Source: Bacteroidota bacterium (GTDB lineage: Bacteria > Bacteroidota > Bacteroidia > Chitinophagales > BACL12). From it: a stretch of DNA of 64,000 nt. Positions 49,279 through 60,100 of the stretch are shown piece by piece. The position numbers were made by a program, and so were the translations under genes. The stretch's first letter is position 1. Each line of letters begins with the position of its first letter. Below the pieces are notes generated by a model. It had not been told where the DNA came from and searched no databases. It saw only the letters and a program-made list of their open reading frames with translations. Location of the stretch: contig JADJJZ010000003.1 of NCBI GenBank assembly GCA_016706255.1, positions 1,247,199 through 1,311,198 of the forward strand, written 5' to 3'.

Positions 49279-50571
49279 ATGCGCATCAGTAAAACATTTG
49301 CTATTGCTGATACTGATGAATTCCGCAAAAAATTATCGGTGTATGCTGATACATTTGATGTATTTGCTTTGCCTGATAGTTGTGGCAACACTGTGTATGG
49401 CTCAACCACTTTTGACTATGCTTTGGCTGCGGGTGCAAGACATATTTTAGTTGCACAATCCGGAAATGCATTTGAACAATTAAAACAGTTTAGAGCAACT
49501 TATCCTGATTTTTGTTTCGGTTATTTTGGTTATGATTTAAAAAACGAAACCGAAGTATTATTTTCAAAAAATTTCGATGGCATGGATTGGCCGGATATGG
49601 TATTTTTTATTCCGGAAATATATCTTGAAGTAAAAGAGAATAATTGCACAATTTATTTATTTGAAGATAATAATTTACAACACGAAAGTATATTTACTGC
49701 AATACAATCAACTGCATATATTGAAAAACCATCTGTTGTAACGCCATTGCAGCAGCGCATTCCGGCAGAACGGTATTTACAAAAAGTGCGCGATATTAAA
49801 CACCATATTGCAGAAGGTGATATATATGAACTCAATTTTTGTCAGGAGTTTTACAGCTCCGGAACGTTAGATGCTGTTTCTGTTTACAATAACCTTTGCG
49901 AAAAAAGTAAAGCACCTTTTTCTGTATTATTTAAATGGGAAAATCGCTACCTAATTTCTGCCAGTCCCGAACGCTTTTTGAAAAAACAAGGGAGCAAGGT
50001 GATGAGTCAGCCCATTAAAGGAACCCACCAACGTAGTGCTGATGCAGCGCTAGATGAGCAGTATAAAAATAATTTATTTCACAGCATAAAAGATCGCGCA
50101 GAAAATGTCATGATTGTCGACCTTGTCCGCAACGATTTAGCAAAATATGCAAAAACTGGCACGATAAAAGTGGATGAATTATTTGGGATTTATTCGTTTC
50201 AACAGGTGCATCAAATGGTGAGCACAATTAGTGCGGATTTGAAGGATGGTGTTGATGGGGTAGATGTTATTCGTTCTGCGTTTCCGATGGGTAGTATGAC
50301 GGGGGCGCCGAAGGTAATGGCGATGCAATTAATTGAGCAGTATGAAGCTACAAAGCGCGGATTGTTTAGCGGGGCCTTTGGTTATTTCACGCCGGGTGGG
50401 GATTTCGATTTTAATGTGATTATACGGAGTATACAGTATCACGCAACAACAAAATATATCAGTATACAAACGGGTGGTGCAATTGTTTATGATTCGGTTG
50501 CGGAGGATGAATTGGAAGAATGTTATTTAAAACTGCGTGCACTGCGGAGCGTGATTTTCTCGCGGATTTAA
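49279..50571 (+). CDS. pabB: aminodeoxychorismate/anthranilate synthase component I family (PabB-like)
   Basis: Chorismate-binding domain (SPERFL, FPMGSMTGAPK, RGLFSGAFGYF). The last codons run into the downstream repeat. Confidence 0.8.
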   Translation: MRISKTFAIADTDEFRKKLSVYADTFDVFALPDSCGNTVYGSTTFDYALAAGARHILVAQSGNAFEQLKQFRATYPDFCFGYFGYDLKNETEVLFSKNFDGMDWPDMVFFIPEIYLEVKENNCTIYLFEDNNLQHESIFTAIQSTAYIEKPSVVTPLQQRIPAERYLQKVRDIKHHIAEGDIYELNFCQEFYSSGTLDAVSVYNNLCEKSKAPFSVLFKWENRYLISASPERFLKKQGSKVMSQPIKGTHQRSADAALDEQYKNNLFHSIKDRAENVMIVDLVRNDLAKYAKTGTIKVDELFGIYSFQQVHQMVSTISADLKDGVDGVDVIRSAFPMGSMTGAPKVMAMQLIEQYEATKRGLFSGAFGYFTPGGDFDFNVIIRSIQYHATTKYISIQTGGAIVYDSVAEDELEECYLKLRALRSVIFSRI

Positions 50572-50938
50572 TTTCTTGCGGATGTGTTTTTCTCGCGGAT
50601 GTTTTTTTTCTCGCTAAGCGCGCAAAGGGCAAAGGGCGCAAGGGTAGGGTGTGGATGGTGTGGAGGTAGGTTACGCAGAACCCGACGGGGCGGGTCGCTG
50701 ATTTGTTTGGATGTAAACTGATTTTTTATTGGTTGGGTTTGATGGATGCCGCAAGCGGTCGCTGATTTTTTGGATGGTGTGTTTTTTTTGCAGGTGTGTT
50801 TTTCTTGCAGGTGTGTTTTTCTTGCAGAGGAAAGTTTTTTAGATAAAATTGTTTGTATTAATTATTCTTCAAAATTCTTGGCGTCCCTTTGAGGCCTTAG
50901 CGTCTTAGTGTTTAATGCCACAAATGCAAATAAAAAGA
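50553..50938. repeat. composite interspersed repeat, copy 1
   Basis: The core 50618-50779 closely matches 51521-51679. The terminal GTTTAATGCCACAAATGCAAATAAAAA is shared with 51891-51918. Confidence 0.75.
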
Positions 50939-50939
50939 C

Positions 50940-51419
50940 CTAAATATATTTTTTGTAGTCACCATTTTCTGCTACTAATTTAATTATACGGTTTCTTTCT
51001 ATTAAAAAGGTTCGCATGTAATTTGTTAGTATTACATAATTAAAAAGGTGACCTAAAATACCCAAGGGAGATTCAAAATAAAAATGATCGCGCATAATTG
51101 TGTCATTTTGAAATGTTTCAAATGTGTGCTGATGTTTCATTATTTTGAATGCACCTTTTATCATTTCATCTGTAAAGGAAAATGGTTTGTCCATTTGAGT
51201 TATGCGGACACTTAAATGCTGATAAATACCAAAATGTTTTGCACGCCAGGTAACCGTTTCATTTAAAGAAATTAATCCACTCAAACGCCCGCCGACTGCT
51301 TTTTCATGGGTTTTGCTTGTAGATAACATATGTAAATCCAATGATCTGGATAAATCAAAGCAGATTGCTATTGGTGCGTGAATTGTTGTTTCAAGGAGTA
51401 TGGTTGGCATGAGTTGCAA
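50940..51419 (-). CDS. SRPBCC (START/cyclase-dehydrase-like) family protein
   Basis: 159 aa with the pattern IHAPIAICFDLSRSLDLH...WRAKHFGIYQHLSVRITQMDKPFSFTDEM, typical of polyketide_cyc2-like proteins. Confidence 0.7.
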   Translation of the reverse strand: MQLMPTILLETTIHAPIAICFDLSRSLDLHMLSTSKTHEKAVGGRLSGLISLNETVTWRAKHFGIYQHLSVRITQMDKPFSFTDEMIKGAFKIMKHQHTFETFQNDTIMRDHFYFESPLGILGHLFNYVILTNYMRTFLIERNRIIKLVAENGDYKKYI

Positions 51420-51452
51420 AAGTAGTAAGTATTTGCAGTGAATTAGGTTTTA

Positions 51453-51918
51453 GATTTTCTCTCAGGTGTATTTTTCTTGCTGGTGTATTTTTTTCTCGCA
51501 GGTGTGTTTTTCTCGAAAACGCGCGAAGGGCAAAGGGCGCAAGGGTAGGGTGTGGATGGTGTGTAGGAAAGGAACGCAGAACCCGGCAAGCGGGTCGCGG
51601 ATTTGTTTGGATGTAAGCTGATTTTTTATAGGTTGGGTTTGATGGATGCCGCAAGCGGGCGCTGATTTTTTGGATGGTGCGGGTTTCGTGCGAAGAACGC
51701 AAAGTACAAAGTGCGCGAAGATTTTTAAATGTTTGTATTGATTTAATTATACTACAAAATTCTTAGCGTACCTTGGCGGCCTTAGCGACTTTGCGGTAAA
51801 AAAAACGGAACCACGAAGAAACGAAAGCTGTGAAGTAGCACGAAAATTTTATATTACCATAATTATTCTTAGAGGCCTTAGCGCCTTCGTGTTTAATGCC
51901 ACAAATGCGAATAAAAAA
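51453..51918. repeat. composite interspersed repeat, copy 2
   Basis: See 50553..50938. Each copy abuts the 3' end of a minus-strand gene. Confidence 0.75.
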
Positions 51919-51919
51919 A

Positions 51920-53245
51920 TCAGAACGTCACATGGTCAGCATCCACCCACTCGTCCCATTGGAAATTTTTGTCGGTGTAGGTAACGTAATAGCTTGTAGG
52001 TGTTTGGTCGAGTATTTGTCCGGGCACCCAAGTTCCGGTTGCATCTAAAATCATTGCGGGAATTTCATCATCAGCAATTATTTTTTCATACAGGCGCCAT
52101 AATATTTGTCCGCCCCCCGGATTTTCAATTTCATAAAAATCGCCCTCGGCACCAATTAATATTCCGGGCTTATCGGTAAAGTTATCGAGCTCAACATTTT
52201 CGCCAACTGTATATTGCACGAAGTAAGGTGTTTTAAAATCTGCAGCAGTAAAATTAAACGTTGCATAATCCGCATAATTATAATATCTGGCCTGGTAAGT
52301 TGAGCCTGTTTTGCCGGTAATTTCAACTGTAATAATTGTTTTTTTAAAATCAGCAAACACATATTGACCGAGTTGATAATTTGGATCTGTAAATTCAGGA
52401 TATGTTGTAGTAACATCTGCAACCACTGCATCCGGACCACAATTATAATAACCTACAAATGATTTCTGACGGTCGATATATTTTAGCCCACGTGCTACAC
52501 CATCTGCCATTTCACCTAAAGTAACTGTTCCGGAATTATCAATATCAATTAAACCATCACCTTTTAATGCATCAATAATTTTTTGTGTGAATGTCCAGTT
52601 GCCTGTGCTCCATTCAGTATAATAACATGAAGTTAAACCAACGGCTTTTTTTCCTTCGCTGCCAAATGATTCTGCGATACCAATTAAACCACCACTTTTG
52701 CAGCAATCACCTAATAATACAACACTATTTCCCGGAAATTCTGCGCGGAATTCATTTTCAAGAAAATTGATATTAAATCCGGTTTTATCAGGATGTAAAT
52801 ATTTAATATCATGGTTCGCAAAATAAATTGAACTTTTATCAGCATCCCAACCATTAAATCCGTGACCCGCAAAATAAAACACAAAATTTGTTTCACTGTC
52901 GGATGCTAAAGCAATATCGTGTAACGATTTATAAATATGCGCTCTTGTTGCGTTTTCATCAAATAATCCGATAATATTTTCTTCAGGCACACCGTAATCG
53001 ATAAACGTTTGCATGAGCTCCTGGTCCTTGCGGTGGTAAGTATCAAAATTGCCTAACGATGCTTCATCTTCATAAGTGAGCACACCCACAATCAAAACCC
53101 TTGTATTTGCCGGATCAAGAAATGGAGCCCCCATATCCGCCATAAAACTTGTATTGGCATTGCCGGTTTCATCTAAAAAATTATCCTTAGAACAACTGCT
53201 AAATATTGCAATTGTAACTACAAATAAAAGGAGGGTTTTGCGCAT
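51920..53245 (-). CDS. caspase-family (peptidase C14) lipoprotein with C-terminal extension
   Basis: Lipobox IFSSCSK. Catalytic dyad contexts FYFAGHG and LLGDCCKSGG. A DIDNSGTVTLGEM calcium-loop-like motif and a C-terminal region of about 170 aa of unknown fold. Confidence 0.8.
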   Translation of the reverse strand: MRKTLLLFVVTIAIFSSCSKDNFLDETGNANTSFMADMGAPFLDPANTRVLIVGVLTYEDEASLGNFDTYHRKDQELMQTFIDYGVPEENIIGLFDENATRAHIYKSLHDIALASDSETNFVFYFAGHGFNGWDADKSSIYFANHDIKYLHPDKTGFNINFLENEFRAEFPGNSVVLLGDCCKSGGLIGIAESFGSEGKKAVGLTSCYYTEWSTGNWTFTQKIIDALKGDGLIDIDNSGTVTLGEMADGVARGLKYIDRQKSFVGYYNCGPDAVVADVTTTYPEFTDPNYQLGQYVFADFKKTIITVEITGKTGSTYQARYYNYADYATFNFTAADFKTPYFVQYTVGENVELDNFTDKPGILIGAEGDFYEIENPGGGQILWRLYEKIIADDEIPAMILDATGTWVPGQILDQTPTSYYVTYTDKNFQWDEWVDADHVTF

Positions 53246-53385
53246 ATGCCTGAGATTTTGTTATGTAAAAATAAGCGGTGGTGCGACATTTTGCAAATCA
53301 ATACTATTATCTGCCGGGGTATATTTCTGCTGTTGTACAGGCATTTATAAAATAATTTGCCTGATTCTGCGTTTTACTTCGACAT

Positions 53386-53979
53386 ATGAAAATGCTGCTT
53401 TCTTTATGCTTTATGGTTTTGATTGGAAGTCAGGTTTCCGCTCAATCGCCCTTTAAAAATCTGGTGGTATCACAATTTGGAGATAGTATCTTGGTGAATT
53501 GGACCCTGAGTGGCGGTTCAACCTGCTTCGACATGCATTTGATGCGGTCATCCCAGGGTTCTGACTTTGGTGAGGTGTTTTCCGTGCCGGGGGTTTGTGG
53601 TGGTGCTGATGACCAGTATTACGATTTTATTGATACTGAAGACCTTGTTTCAGGCACCACTTATGAATACATGGTTACGGCATCCAACGGCGTTTATGAG
53701 AGTGAAACGGTAAGTATATTATTTATTAATGCAGGTGATGTGCAGCTGTTTGTATATCCCAACCCTTCACAAACGGAAATACAGGTTACCATTGATAATA
53801 AATTTACGCCTGCTTTTTTTGTTGAACTTTATACCGTTGATGGTAAACTCATGCAAAAATCGCGGGAGGTAAGTAATTTATTTTCTATTAATACCACAGC
53901 ATTGCCGCCGAATGGTTATTTATTAAAAATAGTTACGCAGGATGGTGATATTTTAGCACAACAATTTATTGTGCAATAA
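53386..53979 (+). CDS. T9SS C-terminal sorting domain protein with Fn3-like domain
   Basis: Signal peptide, GTTYEYMVTA, and a CTD VYPNPSQTEIQVTI...GYLLKIVTQDG. Confidence 0.7.
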   Translation: MKMLLSLCFMVLIGSQVSAQSPFKNLVVSQFGDSILVNWTLSGGSTCFDMHLMRSSQGSDFGEVFSVPGVCGGADDQYYDFIDTEDLVSGTTYEYMVTASNGVYESETVSILFINAGDVQLFVYPNPSQTEIQVTIDNKFTPAFFVELYTVDGKLMQKSREVSNLFSINTTALPPNGYLLKIVTQDGDILAQQFIVQ

Positions 53980-55246
53980 TGAGGAAATAATTCTTTTTGC
54001 CGCGTTGAATTAAAATAAATTTTCCGTTAATCAGATATTCACCGTTTATCATTTTTTCGGCATCACTTACTTTTTCTTTATTCATGCTCAACGAATTTTC
54101 CTGCATGGCACGTTTATATTCGCCTTTTGATGCAAGAATGGTTGTTTTATCTGCAAGTAAATCGCCGAACAAAATCCCGTTTTCAATTACCGATTTTTCA
54201 ATCTGAAATTGTGGAACACCATCCAATACATCAAGCAATAATTCGTCGCTCAATTTTTCGAAATCTGCTTTGGTTGCTTTACCAAATAAAATATCGCTTG
54301 CGGCTACGGCATTATGATAATCTTCTTCGCTGTGAACACGAATGGTAATGTCTTTTGCTAATTCCTTCTGAAGCAGACGGAGATGCGGTTCTGCGCGATG
54401 ACGGGTAATGATATCTTCAATAACAGCTCTTTCAAAAAGGGTAAAAATTTTGATATAAGTTTCAGCATCCGCATCACTTGAATTTAACCAGAATTGATAG
54501 AAGCGATAAGGAGAAGTACGTTTAGCATCTAACCAGATATTTCCACCCTCAGTTTTTCCGAATTTTGTGCCATCTGCCTTTTTAATTAATGGTGTACAAA
54601 TTGCATAAGCTTCACCACCACCTTTTCTTCGAATTAATTCGTTACCGGTTGTAATATTTCCCCATTGATCGCTACCACCCATTTGCAGCATTACTTGATT
54701 ATTTTTCCATAAATAATAAAAATCATAACCCTGTAATAACTGATATGCAAATTCAGTAAATGAGATACCTTTTTCCAATCTTGTCTGCACTGAATCTTTA
54801 GCCATCATATAACTGATGGTAAGATGTTTTCCCACCTCGCGCAAAAATTCAAGGAATGAAAAGTTTTTCATCCAGTCGTAATTATTTACGAGTAGTGCAG
54901 CATTTTCACCTTTATCGAAGTTTAAAAATTTAGCTAACTGTTTTTGTTGAGATGAGATATTATGTTGTAAAGCCGCTTCATCCAATAAATTGCGTTCAGC
55001 ACTTTTTCCTGAAGGGTCGCCAACCATACCGGTAGCGCCGCCCAATAAAGCAATCGGCTGATGACCACAATTTTGAAAATGTAATAAGGTCATAATCTGC
55101 ACCATATTGCCCACGCCAAGCGAATCTGCTGTCGGGTCAAACCCAATATAACCCTTAGCCATACCTTTATTCAGGAAGTCCTCAGTTCCGGGCATCATAT
55201 CAAACAACATCCCGCGCCAGCGTAACTCTTCAACAAAATTTTTCAT
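53966..55246 (-). CDS. tyrS: tyrosine--tRNA ligase
   Basis: GFDPTADSL..., GGATGMVGDPSGKS, KFGKTEGG (KMSKS equivalent), and a C-terminal S4 domain; 426 aa. Confidence 0.95.
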   Translation of the reverse strand: MKNFVEELRWRGMLFDMMPGTEDFLNKGMAKGYIGFDPTADSLGVGNMVQIMTLLHFQNCGHQPIALLGGATGMVGDPSGKSAERNLLDEAALQHNISSQQKQLAKFLNFDKGENAALLVNNYDWMKNFSFLEFLREVGKHLTISYMMAKDSVQTRLEKGISFTEFAYQLLQGYDFYYLWKNNQVMLQMGGSDQWGNITTGNELIRRKGGGEAYAICTPLIKKADGTKFGKTEGGNIWLDAKRTSPYRFYQFWLNSSDADAETYIKIFTLFERAVIEDIITRHRAEPHLRLLQKELAKDITIRVHSEEDYHNAVAASDILFGKATKADFEKLSDELLLDVLDGVPQFQIEKSVIENGILFGDLLADKTTILASKGEYKRAMQENSLSMNKEKVSDAEKMINGEYLINGKFILIQRGKKNYFLIIAQ

Positions 55247-55346
55247 GGTGCAAAAATAATGACATTAAAATTATACGGAAATCCAAACCGTGAAGCGCAA
55301 AAACACGTTATAAATATTTGTATATTGTACGCAAAAATTCAGGCTT

Positions 55347-56021
55347 TTGAACTTTTTATCACATTTCTACCACGATTTTCCGATCAGCGACCCCTATTTT
55401 GCTGCGGGCGTCATTTTGCCCGATATTTTATCGAATTACACATACCGGACAGGTGAGGTGGTTAAACTGCACCCGCAAAAGCTTGTGTACACAGACATTC
55501 CTGAATTGATGGCGCTTACAAATGGTGTAAAACAGCATTATTTTGTGGACGGCCACTTTCATGAGTCGGCGTTTTTTGAGGAAAATACGGCCTTGATTAC
55601 GGAAAGAATTAAACAAGGTGAATTTGACTGTTTTAATAAACGATTGTATGCAATCAGTCATGTTATGCTTGAAATCGTGTTGGACAGGGTGCTGCTGAGC
55701 CAATATCCTGACATTTGTGAGAACTTATACGATATGATTAATCGGGTTGAAACACAGTATGTAAGCCGCCTGGTGGAAATAAACACCGCCGCTTCTGACC
55801 CTAATAGTATCGGCACGCATTTCCGGGTGTTTCGCGAGCGTCGGTTTTTGTTTGATTATGCTTATGATGAGCGGTTTACCGGCATCATAAACGGGATAAA
55901 TATTCGTTTAGGTAATCCACCTATGACCGAAAATGAACAAAATCGGTTTAAAAATGTAATCCATGACATCGAAAAGACCATTCACAGCCAAAAATTTCCT
56001 AAATTTCGGACTGATTCGTGA
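55347..56021 (+). CDS. acyl carrier protein phosphodiesterase (AcpH)-like protein
   Basis: TTG start. The N-terminus MNFLSHFYHD matches the MNFLAHL start of the AcpH family, and the GVKQHYFVDGHFHES motif is present. Confidence 0.5.
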   Translation: MNFLSHFYHDFPISDPYFAAGVILPDILSNYTYRTGEVVKLHPQKLVYTDIPELMALTNGVKQHYFVDGHFHESAFFEENTALITERIKQGEFDCFNKRLYAISHVMLEIVLDRVLLSQYPDICENLYDMINRVETQYVSRLVEINTAASDPNSIGTHFRVFRERRFLFDYAYDERFTGIINGINIRLGNPPMTENEQNRFKNVIHDIEKTIHSQKFPKFRTDS

Positions 56022-56028
56022 ACCATAC

Positions 56029-57138
56029 ATGAGAAAGTTTAGTATTTTGATTTTAAGCGGCTTGTTCGCCTTGTCTGCCTTTGGACAGGACAATACGCCA
56101 AAATATAGCAATGAATTTTTATCCATTGGTATTTCAGCCCGTGCATTGGGTATGAGCAGCAGTGTGGTTGCCTCAGTTAATGATGTTACATCAGGATATT
56201 GGAATCCCGCCGGTTTAACACAAATTTCCTCCGATATGCAAATAGGGGTTATGCATGCCGAATACTTTGCAGGAATTGCGAAGTATGATTACGGCTCATT
56301 TGCTATGCCACTAAAAGATAAAAGTGCAACCATCGGATTATCGCTGATCCGATTTGGTGTTGATGATATTCCGAACACCCTGTTTTTAGTTGAGCCTGAT
56401 GGTAGTATTAATTACGATAATATCACTGCGTTTTCTGTTGCAGATTATGCTTTTTTAGGTAGTTATGCCACTAAATTAAAATGGAATAATTTACGTGTTG
56501 GCGGCAATATCAAAGTTGTACATCGTGAAGCAGGTGATTTTGCAACAGCTTGGGGTTTTGGTTTAGATGCCGGTGCACAAATGGATTATAAAAATTGGAA
56601 ATTCGGAGCAACATTTAAAGACATTACTTCCACATTTAATGCTTGGAGCTTTTCATTTACTGAAGAAGAAAAGGATGTATTACTCGCAACCGGAAATGTG
56701 CTGCCTGAAAATAGTATTGAAATTACCACACCCAAAATTATTTTAGGTGCTGCTTATGATTTTACTATAAATGAAAATTTTGGCTTGTTAGCTGAAATTG
56801 ATGCAGATATTACCACCGACGGCAGAAGAAATGTTTTAATCAGTGCTGAACCAATCAGTGTTGACCCACATCTTGGTATTGAAGCTGATTATAAAAATTT
56901 TATTTTTTTACGTGGCGGAATAGGTAATGTGCAGCGGTATATTCCGGATGATTTATATGAAGAAGCTTGGACGCTGCAACCAAATATTGGATTAGGAATT
57001 GAAATCGGACCTGTGCAATTGGATTATGCCTATACCAATATTGGTAAACAGAGTGAAGTGTTGTATTCCCATGTTTTCAGTTTGTTATTTAATATCAATA
57101 AAAGTGTTCCGCTATCCACAGGAACACCCAAATTTTAA
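56029..57138 (+). CDS. PorV-family outer-membrane beta-barrel (T9SS shuttle-like)
   Basis: Signal peptide MRKFSILILSGLFALSAFGQ. EFLSIGISARALGMSSSVVASVNDVTSGYWNPAGL is typical of PorV/LptO-like proteins. Ends in an aromatic residue. Confidence 0.65.
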   Translation: MRKFSILILSGLFALSAFGQDNTPKYSNEFLSIGISARALGMSSSVVASVNDVTSGYWNPAGLTQISSDMQIGVMHAEYFAGIAKYDYGSFAMPLKDKSATIGLSLIRFGVDDIPNTLFLVEPDGSINYDNITAFSVADYAFLGSYATKLKWNNLRVGGNIKVVHREAGDFATAWGFGLDAGAQMDYKNWKFGATFKDITSTFNAWSFSFTEEEKDVLLATGNVLPENSIEITTPKIILGAAYDFTINENFGLLAEIDADITTDGRRNVLISAEPISVDPHLGIEADYKNFIFLRGGIGNVQRYIPDDLYEEAWTLQPNIGLGIEIGPVQLDYAYTNIGKQSEVLYSHVFSLLFNINKSVPLSTGTPKF

Positions 57139-57164
57139 TAATAACGCACACACAAAAGTTATAT

Positions 57165-60100
57165 ATGAAAAGACATTTACTCGTAATTATTTTCATATTA
57201 TCCGGTTTTAATTTGTTTTGTCAAACCTATGGCAACGAATGGATTAATTACGACCAGCAATATTTAAAATTCCCGATTGCTAAGGACGGCATTTATCGAA
57301 TTAACTATACTACATTAAATGCAGCGCTCACAGAATTAGGTGTTCCAATTGCTTCAATCGACCCACGTAACTTTCAGTTGTTTAATAAGGGAGAAGAAGC
57401 TAATATCTATATAGCAGGGGAAAACGACGGTGTATTTAATGCATCAGATTACATTGAATTTTACGGTAAAAAAAATGACGGCACTTTTGATTCATTATTA
57501 TTTGATAATGGCAAATGGCAATTGCAACAATACGAGAGTTTAATTACTGATACGGCCATGTATTTTTTAACATGGAACGATTTAATTACGAATCACCGCT
57601 TAGATGTAATTACCAATAACCTGGCCGGCGCGCCTGCTCCCGTTGAATATAATGAGTATACCAGCTTAATCGTTTTTGGTTCAGTATACGGTTCGGGTAA
57701 TTTTAATCCGGGTACTGATAATTATGATATTTATGCTTCCGATTATACCGATGGTGAAGGGTTTACCACTCCAAGATATAATTTAAGTAATTACGATATC
57801 AGTCTGGCCTCACCCAATATTTATACCGGCTCTTCATTTATTCCGACTTTGAAGTTGGCTATGGTTGGAACCGGTGCATCTGAACATCACGCCCTGATAA
57901 AATTTAATGGTTCTGTAATAAAGGATACCACATTTTATGACTACAAAGTATTGCGCTATAATTTTTTGTTAGATAATATTTTGAGTAATAATACCGTAAC
58001 ATTTTCCAGTGGCCCGGTTACAACCGATTATCAGCGATATTCATTTCTCGAATTAAAATACCCGAGGTTATTTGATTTTGATAATGCTTCCAAAGTAAAA
58101 ACGGAATTGCCACAAATTGTAGGAACTTCTACGTATATTGAAATAACCGATTTTAATGAAAAGGCTACATCAACATTGTTGTATGATTTATCATTGAATA
58201 AACGCATTGAAGCAATTGTAGAATCCGATATTTCAAAATTTCATCTGGACTATAATGCTTCTTCAAGTGAAATTTATTTTACCAGTCAGGACATCACAGA
58301 TATTCCTAATATTCCGTCAATGGAACCGGTACATTTTGTGAATTATGGTGCGGTTGCCAATCAGGGGAATTATATTATTGTTTCTAATAAAGTATTATAC
58401 GACGATGGTACCGGTACAAACTGGGTTGATGAATATAAAAATTATCGCTCATCAGTTGCCGGTGGCAGTCATGATGTAATTGTTGCCGATATTGATGTAT
58501 TGTATGATATGTTTTCATACGGATTACAAAAACACCCGCTGGCATTACGCAATTTTTTCCTTTATAGTCTGGATAGTTTTGATATTGCTCCGGAATTTAT
58601 TTTTATTATCGGGAAGTCTTATTCGTATGATGTAACTCGTGCAAATGCAACTCCTGAATATGCTGCAGATTTAATTCCAACCTTTGGGCATACCGGGTCT
58701 GATAATATGATGGTTGCACGAAGAGGTGATGTAGCACCTTTAATTCCAATAGGTCGTATTTCAGCGCAGTCGGGAAACGATGTGCGCATTTATTACGACA
58801 AGATGGTTGATTTCGAAGCTGCTCAGGCAGATAATACACAAACCATTGCTAATAAAGCGTGGATGAAAAATGTATTACATTTTGCAGGTGGTTTAAATGA
58901 ATTTGAACAATCGTTGTTTAATTCATTTCTGATGCAATATAAAGCGATCATTGAGGATACATTATATGGTGGGAATGTAATACCATTTAATAAATTAAAT
59001 GCCGACCCGATTTTTTATAGCGAGTCAGAATATATTGATTCATTAATCAACAACGGCGTTTCATTGGTAACATTTTTTGGGCATAGTTCAACAGGAAGTT
59101 TTGACTTTAATATCGGCGAACCTGAAGAATTTGAAAATGAAGGAAAATATTTCGCGGTTTTTGGCAACGGTTGTAATACAGCTGCCATTCATGGTGAATC
59201 ATATACCTTAGGTGAACGTTATATTTTTGCTGAAGATAAAGGAGCGATTGCATTTATTGCTGCGTCTAATTATTCGATTGCTGCAAATCTGCATACTTAT
59301 GCTACATTATTTTATCGCGAATTAGCTAATTATTCATATGATTTACCAATTGGAGTTGCTCTGCAGGCTGTAGCCGATACTTTATGGCCGACATTGAATG
59401 TATTCGACCGAATGACCATCGAACATAATACATTACAGGGTGATCCTGCATTGCGATTAAATACCCATCAGCAACCGGATTATGTAATTGAGGCACCGTA
59501 TGTTTCTTTTGAACCGAATGTCGTTTCTGCAGGAACAGATACAATGTATATGCAGTTAATTGTTACCAATATTGGTAAAGCAATTGATTCATCCTATTTT
59601 GTTGAAGTTGTAAGAACTAAACCTGATGGCGAAACTTCTACCTTTTTTGAACGTTTCCACTCAACTTATTTTAGAGATACATTAGTAATTCCATTTCCTA
59701 CCGACGGATTAGAAGGCGCAGGGTTAAATAATTTTTCTATTCACATCGATAAAGAAAATGAAATTGCAGAACCTGACGAATTAAATAATATTTTAAATAC
59801 CAGTGTATTTATTATTTCTGATGATGCTATCCCGATTTATCCTGTGGAGTTTAGTATCATGAATCATACACCGGAATATTTTGCAGCCTCTACTACAAAC
59901 GTATTTGCGGAAAATAAACAATATATTATTGAAGCCGATACCACTATGTTGTTTAACTCTCCATTTTTGAGAACAACAATGGTTACCGAATCCGGTGGTG
60001 TGGTGAAATGGGAAAACCCGCCGTTGTCATATATTCCGAATATGGTTTATTACTGGCGCATTACACCTGATACCAGCGCCGGAACAGAATCGATGTGGCG

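Noticed and set aside
50459-51702. ORFs 50459..50641 (-) and 51391..51702 (-) as coding genes
   Set aside because: Both lie within the composite repeats. Their low-complexity Arg/Pro/His-rich translations simply mirror the repeat sequence.
53076-53456. 126-aa plus-strand ORF
   Set aside because: It lies antisense to the 5' end of the caspase-like gene and spans the divergent promoter region, with no supporting features.
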